The notes beneath the pieces were generated by a model that worked only from the letters and a program-made list of their open reading frames with translations, was not told the origin of the DNA and searched no databases. A DNA stretch of 64,000 nt, from positions 3,456,001 through 3,520,000 of the forward strand of contig CAWKMU010000003.1 of NCBI GenBank assembly GCA_963850905.1, read 5' to 3'. The position numbers and the translations under genes were made by a program. The stretch's first letter is position 1. Each line of letters opens with the position of its first letter. Origin of the DNA: an uncultured Gemmatimonadales bacterium (GTDB lineage Bacteria > Gemmatimonadota > Gemmatimonadetes > Gemmatimonadales > Gemmatimonadaceae). Positions 1-9,476 of this stretch are shown piece by piece.

Positions 1-303
1 GCGGCCCAGGATCGCGAGCACGACGCCCACCCCGACCGCGATGCCAGTGCCCGAGCTCCACTGGGCGAGCTTGCTCGCGTACTCGGGGAACTCGTAGCCG
101 GCAGCGATCCAGTTGGCGATCGGCAGGAACCCCAGCGCCGCGACCACAACCGCGACCGCGAGAGGGATCGCGGACCACGTTTGGCCTGACTCGTCCCGGT
201 CGGCGGGCTGCATCGCGTGCGCTCCGCCGCCGACAGCAACAGTGAGCGGAATGCTGCGGTTCCGTAGTGGCGTTCGGTTGGCAGTGCTGCCAGTGTCATC
301 CAT
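1..303 (-). CDS. N-terminal part of a membrane protein running off the window edge
   Basis: Open minus frame from ATG 303 (or ATG 213) to base 1, with hydrophobic segments AIPLAVAVVVAALGFLPIANW and GIAVGVGVVLAILG. Confidence 0.55.
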   Translation of the reverse strand, partial: MDDTGSTANRTPLRNRSIPLTVAVGGGAHAMQPADRDESGQTWSAIPLAVAVVVAALGFLPIANWIAAGYEFPEYASKLAQWSSGTGIAVGVGVVLAILGR

Positions 304-358
304 GCCACATAGAGACGAACCAAATCAGTCGTTGATTTCCCCCCGGGCCATCGCGCCT

Positions 359-435
359 CCAGCGTCTAGCGTTTGGCGTCCAGCGTCTAGCGTCTAACGT
401 CTGGCGTCTGGCGTCTGGCGTCTAGCGTCCAGCCT
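359..435. repeat. Heptamer tandem repeat C(T/C)(A/G)(G/A)CGT, about 11 units
   Basis: ccagcgt ctagcgt ttggcgt ccagcgt ctagcgt ctaacgt ctggcgt x3 ctagcgt ccagcct. Confidence 0.9.
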
Positions 436-502
436 TCTCGGACCTCCAAACCCCACCGCCTACGGCGTTGTCAGAAAGGCTGACTCCCGCCCAGGCGAAG
501 CG

Positions 503-2932
503 ATGAGGGACAATCTGCGATATGCATGGCGCCGCGCTCGAGCGACGCCGATCGTCACCGGCATAGCCGTCTTGACGGTGGCGCTCGGCATCGGAGCCGC
601 GACGACGGTATTTAGCGTCGCCAATGCAGTGGTCTTCCGTTCCCTACCCTATCCGCAACCGGATCAGCTCGTGATGGTCTGGGATCGCTGGACGGGTTGG
701 CCGTCGACATGGCTGTCGGACGCCGAGTTTCTGGACTATCAGGACAAGGCCCGATCGTTCACTGCGGTGGGCGTCGGTTTCGATGATTGGCGGAACCTGA
801 CCGGCGGCGACCGGCCCGATCGCGTGCACGTCGGCGTCGTCTCGCAAAGCACGTTTGATGTGCTTCGAGTCCCGCCGCTCGTGGGGCGGGTGTTCACGGC
901 GGAAGAAGACCATCGCGGCGGGCCGCGCGTGGCCGTGATGAGCGAGCGACTCTGGCGGCGGCGATACAATGCCGATCCAGGGATCCTCGGACGCCACGTG
1001 CTGCTGAATGACAGCAGCACGACGATTGTCGGCGTCATGCCCGCGAGCTTTCAGTTGCCCCTCGACTTCGCGGGCGATCCGATCGATCTCTGGATGCCGC
1101 TGGCCCTCGGCAACGTCGATCGCACCGTCCGCGGCGGTCACTATCTGACCGCGATCGCTCGCCTCCGCCCGGGCGTGACGCAGCAAGCCGCAGATCGCGA
1201 AGTCGTCGGCATGGCGAAGCAGATGACCATCGACTATCCGCGTGGCTACCCGCCGAACTTTGGCGCATTCACGCGATCAATGACCAGTCAGGTGATCGGG
1301 CCCATCCGGCCAACCGTGTTCGTGCTGACTGCAGCAGTGGGCCTCGTGCTGTTCATCGCGTGCGCCAACGTCGCCAACATTCTCCTGGCGAGAGCGCACG
1401 CGCGCCAGCGCGAGATGGCCGTCCGAGCGTCGCTGGGCGCCACGGGTCGCGATATCGCCAGGCAGCTGCTCACGGAGTCCGTGCTGCTCGCATCGATGAG
1501 TGGGTGCATGGGCGTGTTGCTCGCCATCATCGGCACGCACCTCGTCGCGGCATATGTCCCCCGGGATGTGCCCCGTATTACCGCAGTCGGGCTCAGCCCG
1601 CTCGCGTTGGCGTTTGCGACCATAGCCACATTGACGACCGGCGTGCTATGCGGACTTGCCCCTGCCTCGCATGCTATCCGTCTCGATCTCATCGAAGCGC
1701 TCAAAGATGCCGGCGCTGGCGGGTCACGGGTCGACCATCGTGGAGAGCGCGCGCGGCGTCTCCTGATTGCCACGGAGGTCGCCCTTTCCGTAATGCTCCT
1801 CGTCGGTGCAGGCCTCCTCGTGCGGAGCTTTGCGCGCCTGATGGAGGTCGACCCGGGGTTCCGACCAACCAATGTGCTTGCGGCAAGCATCTCGCTCCCA
1901 AAGGCGAAATATGCCACTGACGATGCCGTCCGAGCATTCTACCGGCAGGCCATCGACCAGACGCGCGCGCTGCCGGGCGTCGAGGAGGCAGCCGCCGTGC
2001 GGGTGCTACCCATGACCGGCGTGATGGGAGATTGGAATTTTCGTATAGAAGGTGAGGCCACGCCAATGGGCCAGGGATCCGCGGGCGACTGGCAAACGAT
2101 CTCGCCCTCGTATTTCCGAGTGATGGGCATTCCGCTGATTGCCGGCCGGGTCCTCACCGACGCCGACGATGATCGCGCACCGCACGCGGTCGTCATCAAC
2201 GACGCGCTCGCCCGCCGCGCGTGGCCGACCGGCTCACCGGTCGGCCAGCGGATTCGCTTGGGGGGCCTCGACACGTCGTGGTACACAGTCGTCGGCGTCG
2301 TCGGGAACGTCCACCACCGTGGATTGGATGCCGACCCTCGGCCCGAGCTGTATCTGCCCCATGCGCAATGGACGAACGGCGGCGGCGCCATCCGCGACAT
2401 GTACCTCGTCTTGCGCGCGGGCCGCGATCCGAGTTCGCTCGTTGGCGCGGTTCGGCGAACGATCCGCGCACTCGATCCGGACCTACCGCTGACGGACGTC
2501 AAGACGATGACCATGGTCCTGAGCGACTCGACGGCCTCTCGACGGATCAGCTTGATCGTACTCGTCACCATTGCCGCTGCTGCGGCCTCGATCGCGGCCG
2601 TCGGGCTCTATGGCGTGATCAGCTTCGCCGTAGCCCTGCGCACGCGGGACATCGGCATCCGACGCGCACTCGGTGCGACGCCGCGCGCGATCATCACCAT
2701 TGTGGCGCGCCAGGCTGCACCAGCCATTGGGTCGGGCGTCGCGGTCGGCCTCGTTGGCGCCCTCGCCCTCACACGACTCATGCGAGCGCTGCTCTTCCAG
2801 GTACAACCTGCAGATCCGCTGACCTTCGTGTCAGTGGCCGCACTCGTTGCGATCGTCGCCGTCGTCGCGACCTACGTGCCGGCACGGCGAGCAATACGCA
2901 TAGACCCGCTCAGGGCCGTTCGATCGGATTGA
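503..2932 (+). CDS. ADOP-type duplicated MacB/FtsX ABC permease
   Basis: LALGIGA-like TM1, LFIACANVANILLAR, REMAVRASLGA, second half RTRDIGIRRALGA, C-terminal YVPARRAIRIDP. Confidence 0.92.
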   Translation: MRDNLRYAWRRARATPIVTGIAVLTVALGIGAATTVFSVANAVVFRSLPYPQPDQLVMVWDRWTGWPSTWLSDAEFLDYQDKARSFTAVGVGFDDWRNLTGGDRPDRVHVGVVSQSTFDVLRVPPLVGRVFTAEEDHRGGPRVAVMSERLWRRRYNADPGILGRHVLLNDSSTTIVGVMPASFQLPLDFAGDPIDLWMPLALGNVDRTVRGGHYLTAIARLRPGVTQQAADREVVGMAKQMTIDYPRGYPPNFGAFTRSMTSQVIGPIRPTVFVLTAAVGLVLFIACANVANILLARAHARQREMAVRASLGATGRDIARQLLTESVLLASMSGCMGVLLAIIGTHLVAAYVPRDVPRITAVGLSPLALAFATIATLTTGVLCGLAPASHAIRLDLIEALKDAGAGGSRVDHRGERARRLLIATEVALSVMLLVGAGLLVRSFARLMEVDPGFRPTNVLAASISLPKAKYATDDAVRAFYRQAIDQTRALPGVEEAAAVRVLPMTGVMGDWNFRIEGEATPMGQGSAGDWQTISPSYFRVMGIPLIAGRVLTDADDDRAPHAVVINDALARRAWPTGSPVGQRIRLGGLDTSWYTVVGVVGNVHHRGLDADPRPELYLPHAQWTNGGGAIRDMYLVLRAGRDPSSLVGAVRRTIRALDPDLPLTDVKTMTMVLSDSTASRRISLIVLVTIAAAAASIAAVGLYGVISFAVALRTRDIGIRRALGATPRAIITIVARQAAPAIGSGVAVGLVGALALTRLMRALLFQVQPADPLTFVSVAALVAIVAVVATYVPARRAIRIDPLRAVRSD

Positions 2933-2975
2933 ATCGCGCCCCGATCGTGATGCGGCCGGTTGCGCATCGCACGGA

Positions 2976-3776
2976 CTACAAATGTCGACGGAACCAACTC
3001 CAAACCGCGTTCTTCCAGCGGATGAGCGGAGGGTCCGGGAGGACGACGGGCGGGCCTGTCGTCGTGTTGGCCGCCGCGATCACACCGACGTCGAGCTCGC
3101 CGTCAGTATTGAACCGATCGCCGCTCGCATTGTGCGCGTCGACACGGGGACCCATCCCCGTGACGGCATACCGCTCGCTGAGCTGCCCCGCCGTCGCCAG
3201 GTCAGCCATCAGGGTGTCGCGCTCTCGGTCGACGTCCGCCTCGATGTGATGCGTCGGCGCGAGCGTGCGATGGCTGATGCCCGCTCGGACATCGTATGTC
3301 GCGTCGCCGATCCAGACCGGGCGCCCCTGGTCGGTCACGCCGTCGGCGAGCCATAGGCGCACGTGGTGCCGGCGACTGGCACTGCGCCCAACCTCTTTCT
3401 CGAAGGCCAGGTCCTGGCGGCGACGAAAGAGATAGAGGGATGACACTGGCGCGGTCGAATCAGGACGGCGCAACAGGACGCTCTTGGCGATCGCGAGGTC
3501 GGCCCTCCGACTCAGGGAATCGGCCTGCGCCCAGCCAGCCTTGGCGAACGCCTCGCGGACTTCCGCCGCGGTCCCGACGAGCGCGATGTTGACGGGGTCG
3601 GCCGGGTTGCCGGACCGATCGTGGGTCCGCGTCGGCACACGCGCAAACGCCGGGTTGTGCTCGTAGTGACGAAACAACAGCGGAGCGACGACGTGCGTGA
3701 GGAGCGCCAGGCCGCCAACGGCAACGACAATGGCGATGAGCGTCGCGCGCGCGGCGAGAGGAACGGCCCGGTTCAC
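2976..3776 (-). CDS. LssY C-terminal domain protein with N-terminal membrane anchor
   Basis: DPVNIALVG, APVSSLYLF, RQDLAFEK, RRHHVRLW, THHIEADVDRERD. Confidence 0.8.
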   Translation of the reverse strand: MNRAVPLAARATLIAIVVAVGGLALLTHVVAPLLFRHYEHNPAFARVPTRTHDRSGNPADPVNIALVGTAAEVREAFAKAGWAQADSLSRRADLAIAKSVLLRRPDSTAPVSSLYLFRRRQDLAFEKEVGRSASRRHHVRLWLADGVTDQGRPVWIGDATYDVRAGISHRTLAPTHHIEADVDRERDTLMADLATAGQLSERYAVTGMGPRVDAHNASGDRFNTDGELDVGVIAAANTTTGPPVVLPDPPLIRWKNAVWSWFRRHL

Positions 3777-4096
3777 TAGCCGGCCTGCATTGGCTCGGTC
3801 GCGTCGTAGTGACGCACCGTTTCAGGTCGCGTGAGCAAATAGCGGTCGTCGTCCGCGAAATATCGTGCCCGTTCAATGTCCGGCCCCGCAAAGGCCTTGA
3901 TCGCTTCGACATCGGTCCACCAGCTCAGGGTGACAATCTCCGAGCGCTCGGCGTCCAGGTCTCGGCAGGCGACCAATGCGCCGAGGTTGCCAGGTGTCCG
4001 CCGGTAGGCGGCGATGCCCGTCGCCGTCACGTACTCGACGTAGGCTTGTCGAAGGGGCCGCCGGATTTCCGCTCGCCACTCACGAAGGATGACCAT
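3776..4096 (-). CDS. Antibiotic biosynthesis monooxygenase (ABM)-like small protein
   Basis: TPGNLGA...LSWWTDVEAIKAFAGPDIERARYF...DRYLL pattern; overlaps the start of the next gene. Confidence 0.75.
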   Translation of the reverse strand: MVILREWRAEIRRPLRQAYVEYVTATGIAAYRRTPGNLGALVACRDLDAERSEIVTLSWWTDVEAIKAFAGPDIERARYFADDDRYLLTRPETVRHYDATEPMQAG

Positions 4097-4126
4097 GGGT
4101 TCCTCTTGCTCAATGGGAATCGGCTC

Positions 4127-5242
4127 TCAGGTGGACGGGGCCGTCCGCGCGCAGAACTGCGTGATGGCGGCCAGCAGGCGATCGCGACCGCGATCGCTTC
4201 GATCCAGATGCACGAAATGGGTGGCATTCGGAATTACGACGAGCTCTTTGACCGGGGCGTGCACGAGTCGCGCGATCAGCAGCTCACGGTCTTCCGGCCG
4301 CGACCAGAAGTCACGTTGCGACGCGATGACAAGCGTCGGGACCGTAATGAACGACGCGTCCCACAGCTGCCGGCCCGTCGCAAGGTAGAAACTGTCCTCC
4401 AGCGGGCCATTGGGTGACCGAAAACACGCTGGTGTGTGCGACTGAGATGCCGGATCACTCGCCATTGCCTCTCGGACATACGCGTTGACGACCGCCGGGT
4501 CGCGCCACGCGTTCTTGTTGGTCGTCGGGATGCTGCGATCCCACGCACCGACCAGTGAGCTCGCGGTGTTGCAGCGGTACGCCCCGACGGCGCGGCTCAG
4601 TCGCCCCGGATGCGCCGCGTCCTCCAGGTCCGACCCGTGTCCCACCAGTGGCTGGGGCGTGTCCGCACCATACAGGGCGTTGTGAATAATGAGGCGGTCG
4701 AGCTTCGTTGCGTGCAACGCCGCGTAATATCCTGCCCATTGTCCACCAACTGCCCAGCCGAAAAGCGTTACGCGAGCTCCCGCTTTGCGCTTGCTGATGA
4801 GATCGACGACCGCGTCAATGTCGCGGACCGCGTCAGTCGATCGTACCAGCGGCGATCGCCCGTCGGGCAGCTCCGCCATACCCCCGGGCCGCGTCGATTG
4901 GCCGAAGCCACGGACGTCCATGACGTACACAACGAATCCACGCGCCGCCAGATCCGCCGCAAATGAGCCGCCGGGCACGGGAAGATCGAAGGACGCAACG
5001 CCCGGCACTCGCGCGCCATGAATGAGAAGCAGCGGCCTGCCCGACACCGCGGGCTTGCGCGCCGGCGTAGTTGTCGTGCGCAGCTCGCGAACATGAATCC
5101 GGATACCCGAGTCGCTGGTCACGAAGAGCTCACTGCGCACGATCGACGGCGGAGCGCCAGCACTGGCGCGCCGTCCCGGAACGAGCGGCAACAAGCTGAG
5201 CGATGCCGCGACGGCATACGCCGTTCGAGTTCTGCGGTGCAT
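4127..5242 (-). CDS. Secreted alpha/beta-fold hydrolase-like protein, nucleophile Ser replaced by Ala
   Basis: LLIHG, DVRGFGQS, elbow GWAVGG, PTLVI..RD, ATHF; signal-like N-terminus. Confidence 0.8.
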   Translation of the reverse strand: MHRRTRTAYAVAASLSLLPLVPGRRASAGAPPSIVRSELFVTSDSGIRIHVRELRTTTTPARKPAVSGRPLLLIHGARVPGVASFDLPVPGGSFAADLAARGFVVYVMDVRGFGQSTRPGGMAELPDGRSPLVRSTDAVRDIDAVVDLISKRKAGARVTLFGWAVGGQWAGYYAALHATKLDRLIIHNALYGADTPQPLVGHGSDLEDAAHPGRLSRAVGAYRCNTASSLVGAWDRSIPTTNKNAWRDPAVVNAYVREAMASDPASQSHTPACFRSPNGPLEDSFYLATGRQLWDASFITVPTLVIASQRDFWSRPEDRELLIARLVHAPVKELVVIPNATHFVHLDRSDRGRDRLLAAITQFCARTAPST

Positions 5243-5385
5243 GGCGTAAATTGTCAGCAAGCCGACGATCTCGCCGAATCGGCACGTGTGACCTGTCCGT
5301 AACGGCTGGACGCCGTGGTTGTCGGCCTGTCGCCGAGGCGGCCCCAGCAGTATAGTAGGACCCTCATTCCGAGTGGGGATCTTTG

Positions 5386-7377
5386 ATGCGCGCGCTCAGA
5401 TCGCTCAGGCCTGCTGCAACGTCGCTCCTCATGCTGGCCGTTGCTTTGGTCGCCACGCCGGTCGCCGCGCAGGCGCCGGTGATCACGCCACGGGGTGACC
5501 CGTCGGTTGCGAGCGACACGATTTATAAGCTGGCCGTCGATAGCGCGGCCTACCCCGAACAGGGATCGGTCCTCCTCCTCGACGACGGCGTAGTCAAGAT
5601 CGAGAAGGACGGGCGAGCGCGGCGGACATTTCACCAGGTCGTGCAAGTCCTGCGCGACCGTGCCGCGCGCTCGTATCAAGAGCGGCAATTCACGTTCGAG
5701 CCCGAACGCCAGCACTTCACGCTCAACTGGGTTCACGTGCTGAAGCCGACCGGTGAAGTGATCAGTTCCGCACCGGCGCACACGCAGGAGTCCGACCTCC
5801 CAGCGTCAATGGTGAACCCGGTGTATGTGCATCAGAAGAGTGTCCGGATGTCGCTCAGTGGAGTCGCACCGGGCACACTCGTCGACATCAGTTGGTCGTA
5901 CGACGAGACCAGCCCGTACCGGCCCGGCGACTTCTATCAAACGTGGCTGGTGACCGCGGGGACGACAGTCTTCCGGTCACGCTTCATCGTCGATGCACCC
6001 AAGGACATGGACCTGCGCATCGTCGAACACCACCTGACGTTCCCGCGACAACAAACCACCGTCGGTGATCGCACGGTCTATACGTGGGCGACACGCAATG
6101 TCGCGTGGGTCAAGCCGGAAATGTTCGCCCCGGTCGGGGACTCCAACGACGTGGTCATGTCGGTATCGATCGCGACCCCGGGGTCGTGGTCGGACATCGG
6201 CCATTGGTACGCCAAGCTCGCCGCCGATCGCACTCGACCCAATGCCAGGCTGCGTGACACGGTCAAGGCGCTCGTCGCGCACGCGAAGACTCTGGACGAC
6301 TCGATCCGCGCGATTCATCGCTGGATAGCGCAGGACATTCGCTACGTGGCCCTCGAGCTTGGCATCGGTGGATATCAGCCCCGCATGATCGATTCCGTGA
6401 TCGCAACGGGCTTCGGAGATTGCAAGGACAAGGCCTCGCTCTTCGTCGCTGCAATGGGGGCCATCGGGGTCGACGCGTACCCGGTCTTGCTGGAAGCGGG
6501 CGGCGGCACGGACCGATCGTTGCCAACGATCGGTGCATTCGATCACGAGATCGCCGTGATCAAACGCGGCAAGGCCTATGAGTTCGTTGATCTCACATCC
6601 GAGTTGTCGCCGCTCGGTACTCTGCCCTATCCCGACGAGGATACGTTTGCACTGATCGTCCATCCCGATGGACGGACGGAAGAGGTGACGACTCCGCCCG
6701 ATCCCGCCGGTGCGAACCGGTCCGAGGTGCGCGTGACCGGCACGCTAACGGCCAATGGCGCGTTCAACGGCCACGTCGAAGTGCGCGGGACCGGCACGGC
6801 TGGCCTGGCGATGCGGGCGATGATGCAAAACGGCCTGGATACGGCACAGCGCTCCGCGTTCCTCCGCTCCTTCGCGTCCGGCCTCTTTCCCGATGCCAAA
6901 GGCGACAGCCTCGTGACCTTCAACGGAAAGGATCTCCAGGCCGATCCCAGGATCTCGTTGGTCATCCACAGCGGTCAGGCGACGCAGCGCTCAGGTGAAA
7001 CAGACATCCTGACGACGCGGGACGTATCGACCCGCTGGACGCAGATCGCTGACGAGCTCGAGGCGCACGCCCCCCGCCGACTGCCGATCGACGCGGAGAG
7101 AGTCGCTGGCCTCACGACCAACGTGGCGGAAACCCGCATCACGCTCCCCGAAGGATGGCACGCGCGCCTCCCTCCAAACGTCACGGCCACGAGCGCGTTC
7201 GGCAGCTACGATGCGAGCTATCGCCAGGACGGGCGCGATCTCGTTATCACGCGCCACATCAGCGGCACGAAGGGCATCCTGTCGAAGGACCACGCGGCCG
7301 AACTGATCGCCTGGTTCCGCGCGATGGCTAAGGATCGCGTGCCGTTCGTCGTGATCGAGCACGGCACCTCGACCTAG
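5386..7377 (+). CDS. DUF3857/transglutaminase-like domain exported protein
   Basis: Signal peptide (VAAQ), IRYVAL, GDCKD (Cys), FDHEI (His), FVDLT (Asp). Confidence 0.85.
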   Translation: MRALRSLRPAATSLLMLAVALVATPVAAQAPVITPRGDPSVASDTIYKLAVDSAAYPEQGSVLLLDDGVVKIEKDGRARRTFHQVVQVLRDRAARSYQERQFTFEPERQHFTLNWVHVLKPTGEVISSAPAHTQESDLPASMVNPVYVHQKSVRMSLSGVAPGTLVDISWSYDETSPYRPGDFYQTWLVTAGTTVFRSRFIVDAPKDMDLRIVEHHLTFPRQQTTVGDRTVYTWATRNVAWVKPEMFAPVGDSNDVVMSVSIATPGSWSDIGHWYAKLAADRTRPNARLRDTVKALVAHAKTLDDSIRAIHRWIAQDIRYVALELGIGGYQPRMIDSVIATGFGDCKDKASLFVAAMGAIGVDAYPVLLEAGGGTDRSLPTIGAFDHEIAVIKRGKAYEFVDLTSELSPLGTLPYPDEDTFALIVHPDGRTEEVTTPPDPAGANRSEVRVTGTLTANGAFNGHVEVRGTGTAGLAMRAMMQNGLDTAQRSAFLRSFASGLFPDAKGDSLVTFNGKDLQADPRISLVIHSGQATQRSGETDILTTRDVSTRWTQIADELEAHAPRRLPIDAERVAGLTTNVAETRITLPEGWHARLPPNVTATSAFGSYDASYRQDGRDLVITRHISGTKGILSKDHAAELIAWFRAMAKDRVPFVVIEHGTST

Positions 7378-7439
7378 GCCGGGTTTCGGGTGAGGGGTGC
7401 CGGGTTTCGGGGTAACGGCCACGAACGTGACCACGGCTG

Positions 7440-7570
7440 GTAGGGGCGACGCAATGCGTCGCCCTACGGTGCGGCGATGCGACCATGATTCGTCGGGCGC
7501 CCCAAAATGCGACCCGCGCGCGTCGTGTACGGTTCGGCCAACGGCGGGCGACGCATTGCGTCGCCCCTAC
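7440..7570. repeat. REPIN-like inverted doublet of GTAG-type REP
   Basis: GTAGGGGCGACGCAATGCGTCGCCC at 7440-7464 and its exact reverse complement at 7546-7570. Confidence 0.85.
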
Positions 7571-7583
7571 CCGCGCACCGGCG

Positions 7584-8053
7584 TCAGCGACTTTCGATGG
7601 CGATACCGCTCGTGGCCAACGGGGCGTCTCGCTGCATGTAGAACTTGTACTCGTCCTCGTGCGTAATGCGAAACCCGTGCTCGATGTAGAACTGCACCGC
7701 CGGGTTGATCTTGACCACGGGCACGGTCACGGCCTTCGATTGACTGACCGCTCGAGCCCAGAGTCGCTCCACGATGATCCCGCCGATACCCAGGCGCTGC
7801 GCTGCAGGCGCTATGTACAGCGAGCCGAGGTTGATCGCCTCCTCCGTGGCTTGCTCTTGCAGCCATCGACATCACGGCCATCAGCCACGATGATGCGCGC
7901 TTCGGCCAGACGGAAGAACCCCGCGAAGTGCTCGGCCTGTCGACCCTCATCCCAATCAAACAAGCGCACCAGCAACCCGCCCATCGAAGCCAGAAATACC
8001 CAGCGGGCAAACGCAACGTCATCAGGTCGGGCCGCTCTCACTTCAATGCGCAT
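7584..8053 (-). pseudogene. GNAT acetyltransferase split by a 1-nt frameshift near 7866
   Basis: MRIEVRAARPDD...GRDV in one frame continues as WLQ...LYIAPAAQRLGIGG...NPAVQFYIEHGF in another; restoring one G gives DVGWLQ. Confidence 0.75.
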
Positions 8054-8157
8054 GTGGTCATCGAGTCCTGTGGATCGGGGCATCGCGTACAACGCTTGCC
8101 TTCATCTGGCCCTCTGGTATGCTTCGCTTTCAGCGTTCGCGAAACGAGGACTGAATC

Positions 8158-9294
8158 GTGAGCCCCATGCGCGGATACAACTTTACCGAGCGTGTGCGAA
8201 AGGTACTTGCGATGGCCCGGGAGGAAGCAGTCCGCCTGGGCCACAACTACGTTGGGACGGAACACATTCTTCTCGGCCTGATCGCCGAAGGTGACGGAGT
8301 GGCGATCGCGATATTGCACATTTTCAACGTTGACGAGGCCGCGCTGCGTCACTGGATCGAAGAGGAGGTCAACCTTCCGAAAGCCAAGCCTATCGTCGGA
8401 GGCGATCTCCCATACACCTCGCGAGCCAAGAAAGTGCTCGATCTGGCGATGCAGGAAGCCGGGCAGCTTGATCACAGCTGCGTTGGAACGGAGCACCTTC
8501 TACTTGGGCTCTTGGGCGAGGAAAACGGCCTTGCAGCTCACGCGTTGGCCGAATCGGGCGTCATCACAGACGTGGCGCGGAAGGAAATCATCCGTGTGCT
8601 CAGCGAGCACCCGCGGGAGTCAGGCGCGCTCGGCCGCTGGCTGGCCGGGCAAGCCCCTGGCGCTCACCCGGCACCAGAGCATAGGCACGCGGCGGTTCGG
8701 TATGCAGAGGTTGGCTGCCGGATCCCCAAAGACTACTTCTGGACCATCGGCTGGGGCGAGAGCGATGTCGGCATCGAGACCGGGTCGTACGACGCGGCAC
8801 TGACGATGGCCGGAATCGAGAACTTCAATATCATGCTCTATACGTCGGTGCTGCCACCGGAAGCGACCGAGATCTCGCAGTTGCCGGACATTCACCACGG
8901 GTCCGTGCTCGAAGGGATCATGGCGATCCAACACACCGACAAGCCCGGCACGCGGATCACCGCGGGCGTCCTTCTCGCTAAGGTGTTCCGCACGACCGAT
9001 CAGTCCTTCCTCGGCGGTTTTGCGTGTGAGTACGCCGGGAACGACGACACCGGGCACGCGGAAGCGAATCTGCAAGAGGCCATGCGCCAGCTTTTCGCGC
9101 GCCGGTATTCGTCTGACCTGTACCGGCTGGAGCTCGGGAAGATCGTCGTTCGTACGTTCGTACCGTCGAAGGCCTTCGGCACCGTGCTCGTCGGGATCGG
9201 GTTTTCCAGCTATCTCTCGCCCGTCCTCGACTCAAACGTCACCATTGTACCCGCGCACAAGGACAAGTCGCACGTCAAGTACACCACCCGGTAG
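8158..9294 (+). CDS. Fusion of Clp N-terminal repeat domain and pyruvoyl-dependent arginine decarboxylase
   Basis: FTERVRKVL...GTEHILLGL...YTSRAKKVL...GTEHLLLGL (ClpC-type N domain), then GES..SYDAAL..AGIENFNIMLYTSVLP..HGSVLE..GGFACEY (AaxB/PdaD-like). Confidence 0.88.
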   Translation: MSPMRGYNFTERVRKVLAMAREEAVRLGHNYVGTEHILLGLIAEGDGVAIAILHIFNVDEAALRHWIEEEVNLPKAKPIVGGDLPYTSRAKKVLDLAMQEAGQLDHSCVGTEHLLLGLLGEENGLAAHALAESGVITDVARKEIIRVLSEHPRESGALGRWLAGQAPGAHPAPEHRHAAVRYAEVGCRIPKDYFWTIGWGESDVGIETGSYDAALTMAGIENFNIMLYTSVLPPEATEISQLPDIHHGSVLEGIMAIQHTDKPGTRITAGVLLAKVFRTTDQSFLGGFACEYAGNDDTGHAEANLQEAMRQLFARRYSSDLYRLELGKIVVRTFVPSKAFGTVLVGIGFSSYLSPVLDSNVTIVPAHKDKSHVKYTTR

Positions 9295-9297
9295 GAC

Positions 9298-9438
9298 TAG
9301 GGTTTGGGACAAATCGAAAGGTCGATCACGGTGCACATTGACCGGCATTGGATCGGTAGGGGCGACGCATTGCGTCGCCCGTTGTTGTGGTCGCGGTTGT
9401 CGTTCCCCGACCCCCAACCCCAGGCCGCAAACCCCAGA
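9298..9438. repeat. Composite REP-containing element, copy A
   Basis: REP at 9356-9380; flanks acaaatcgaaagg.cgatcacggtgcac...ttgga.cg and gttgtcgtt.cc.gaccc are shared with 63539-63697. Confidence 0.8.
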
Positions 9439-9476
9439 TTTGACCAGCTGGCGCCGCCACCCGTCCCCTCCAACGC

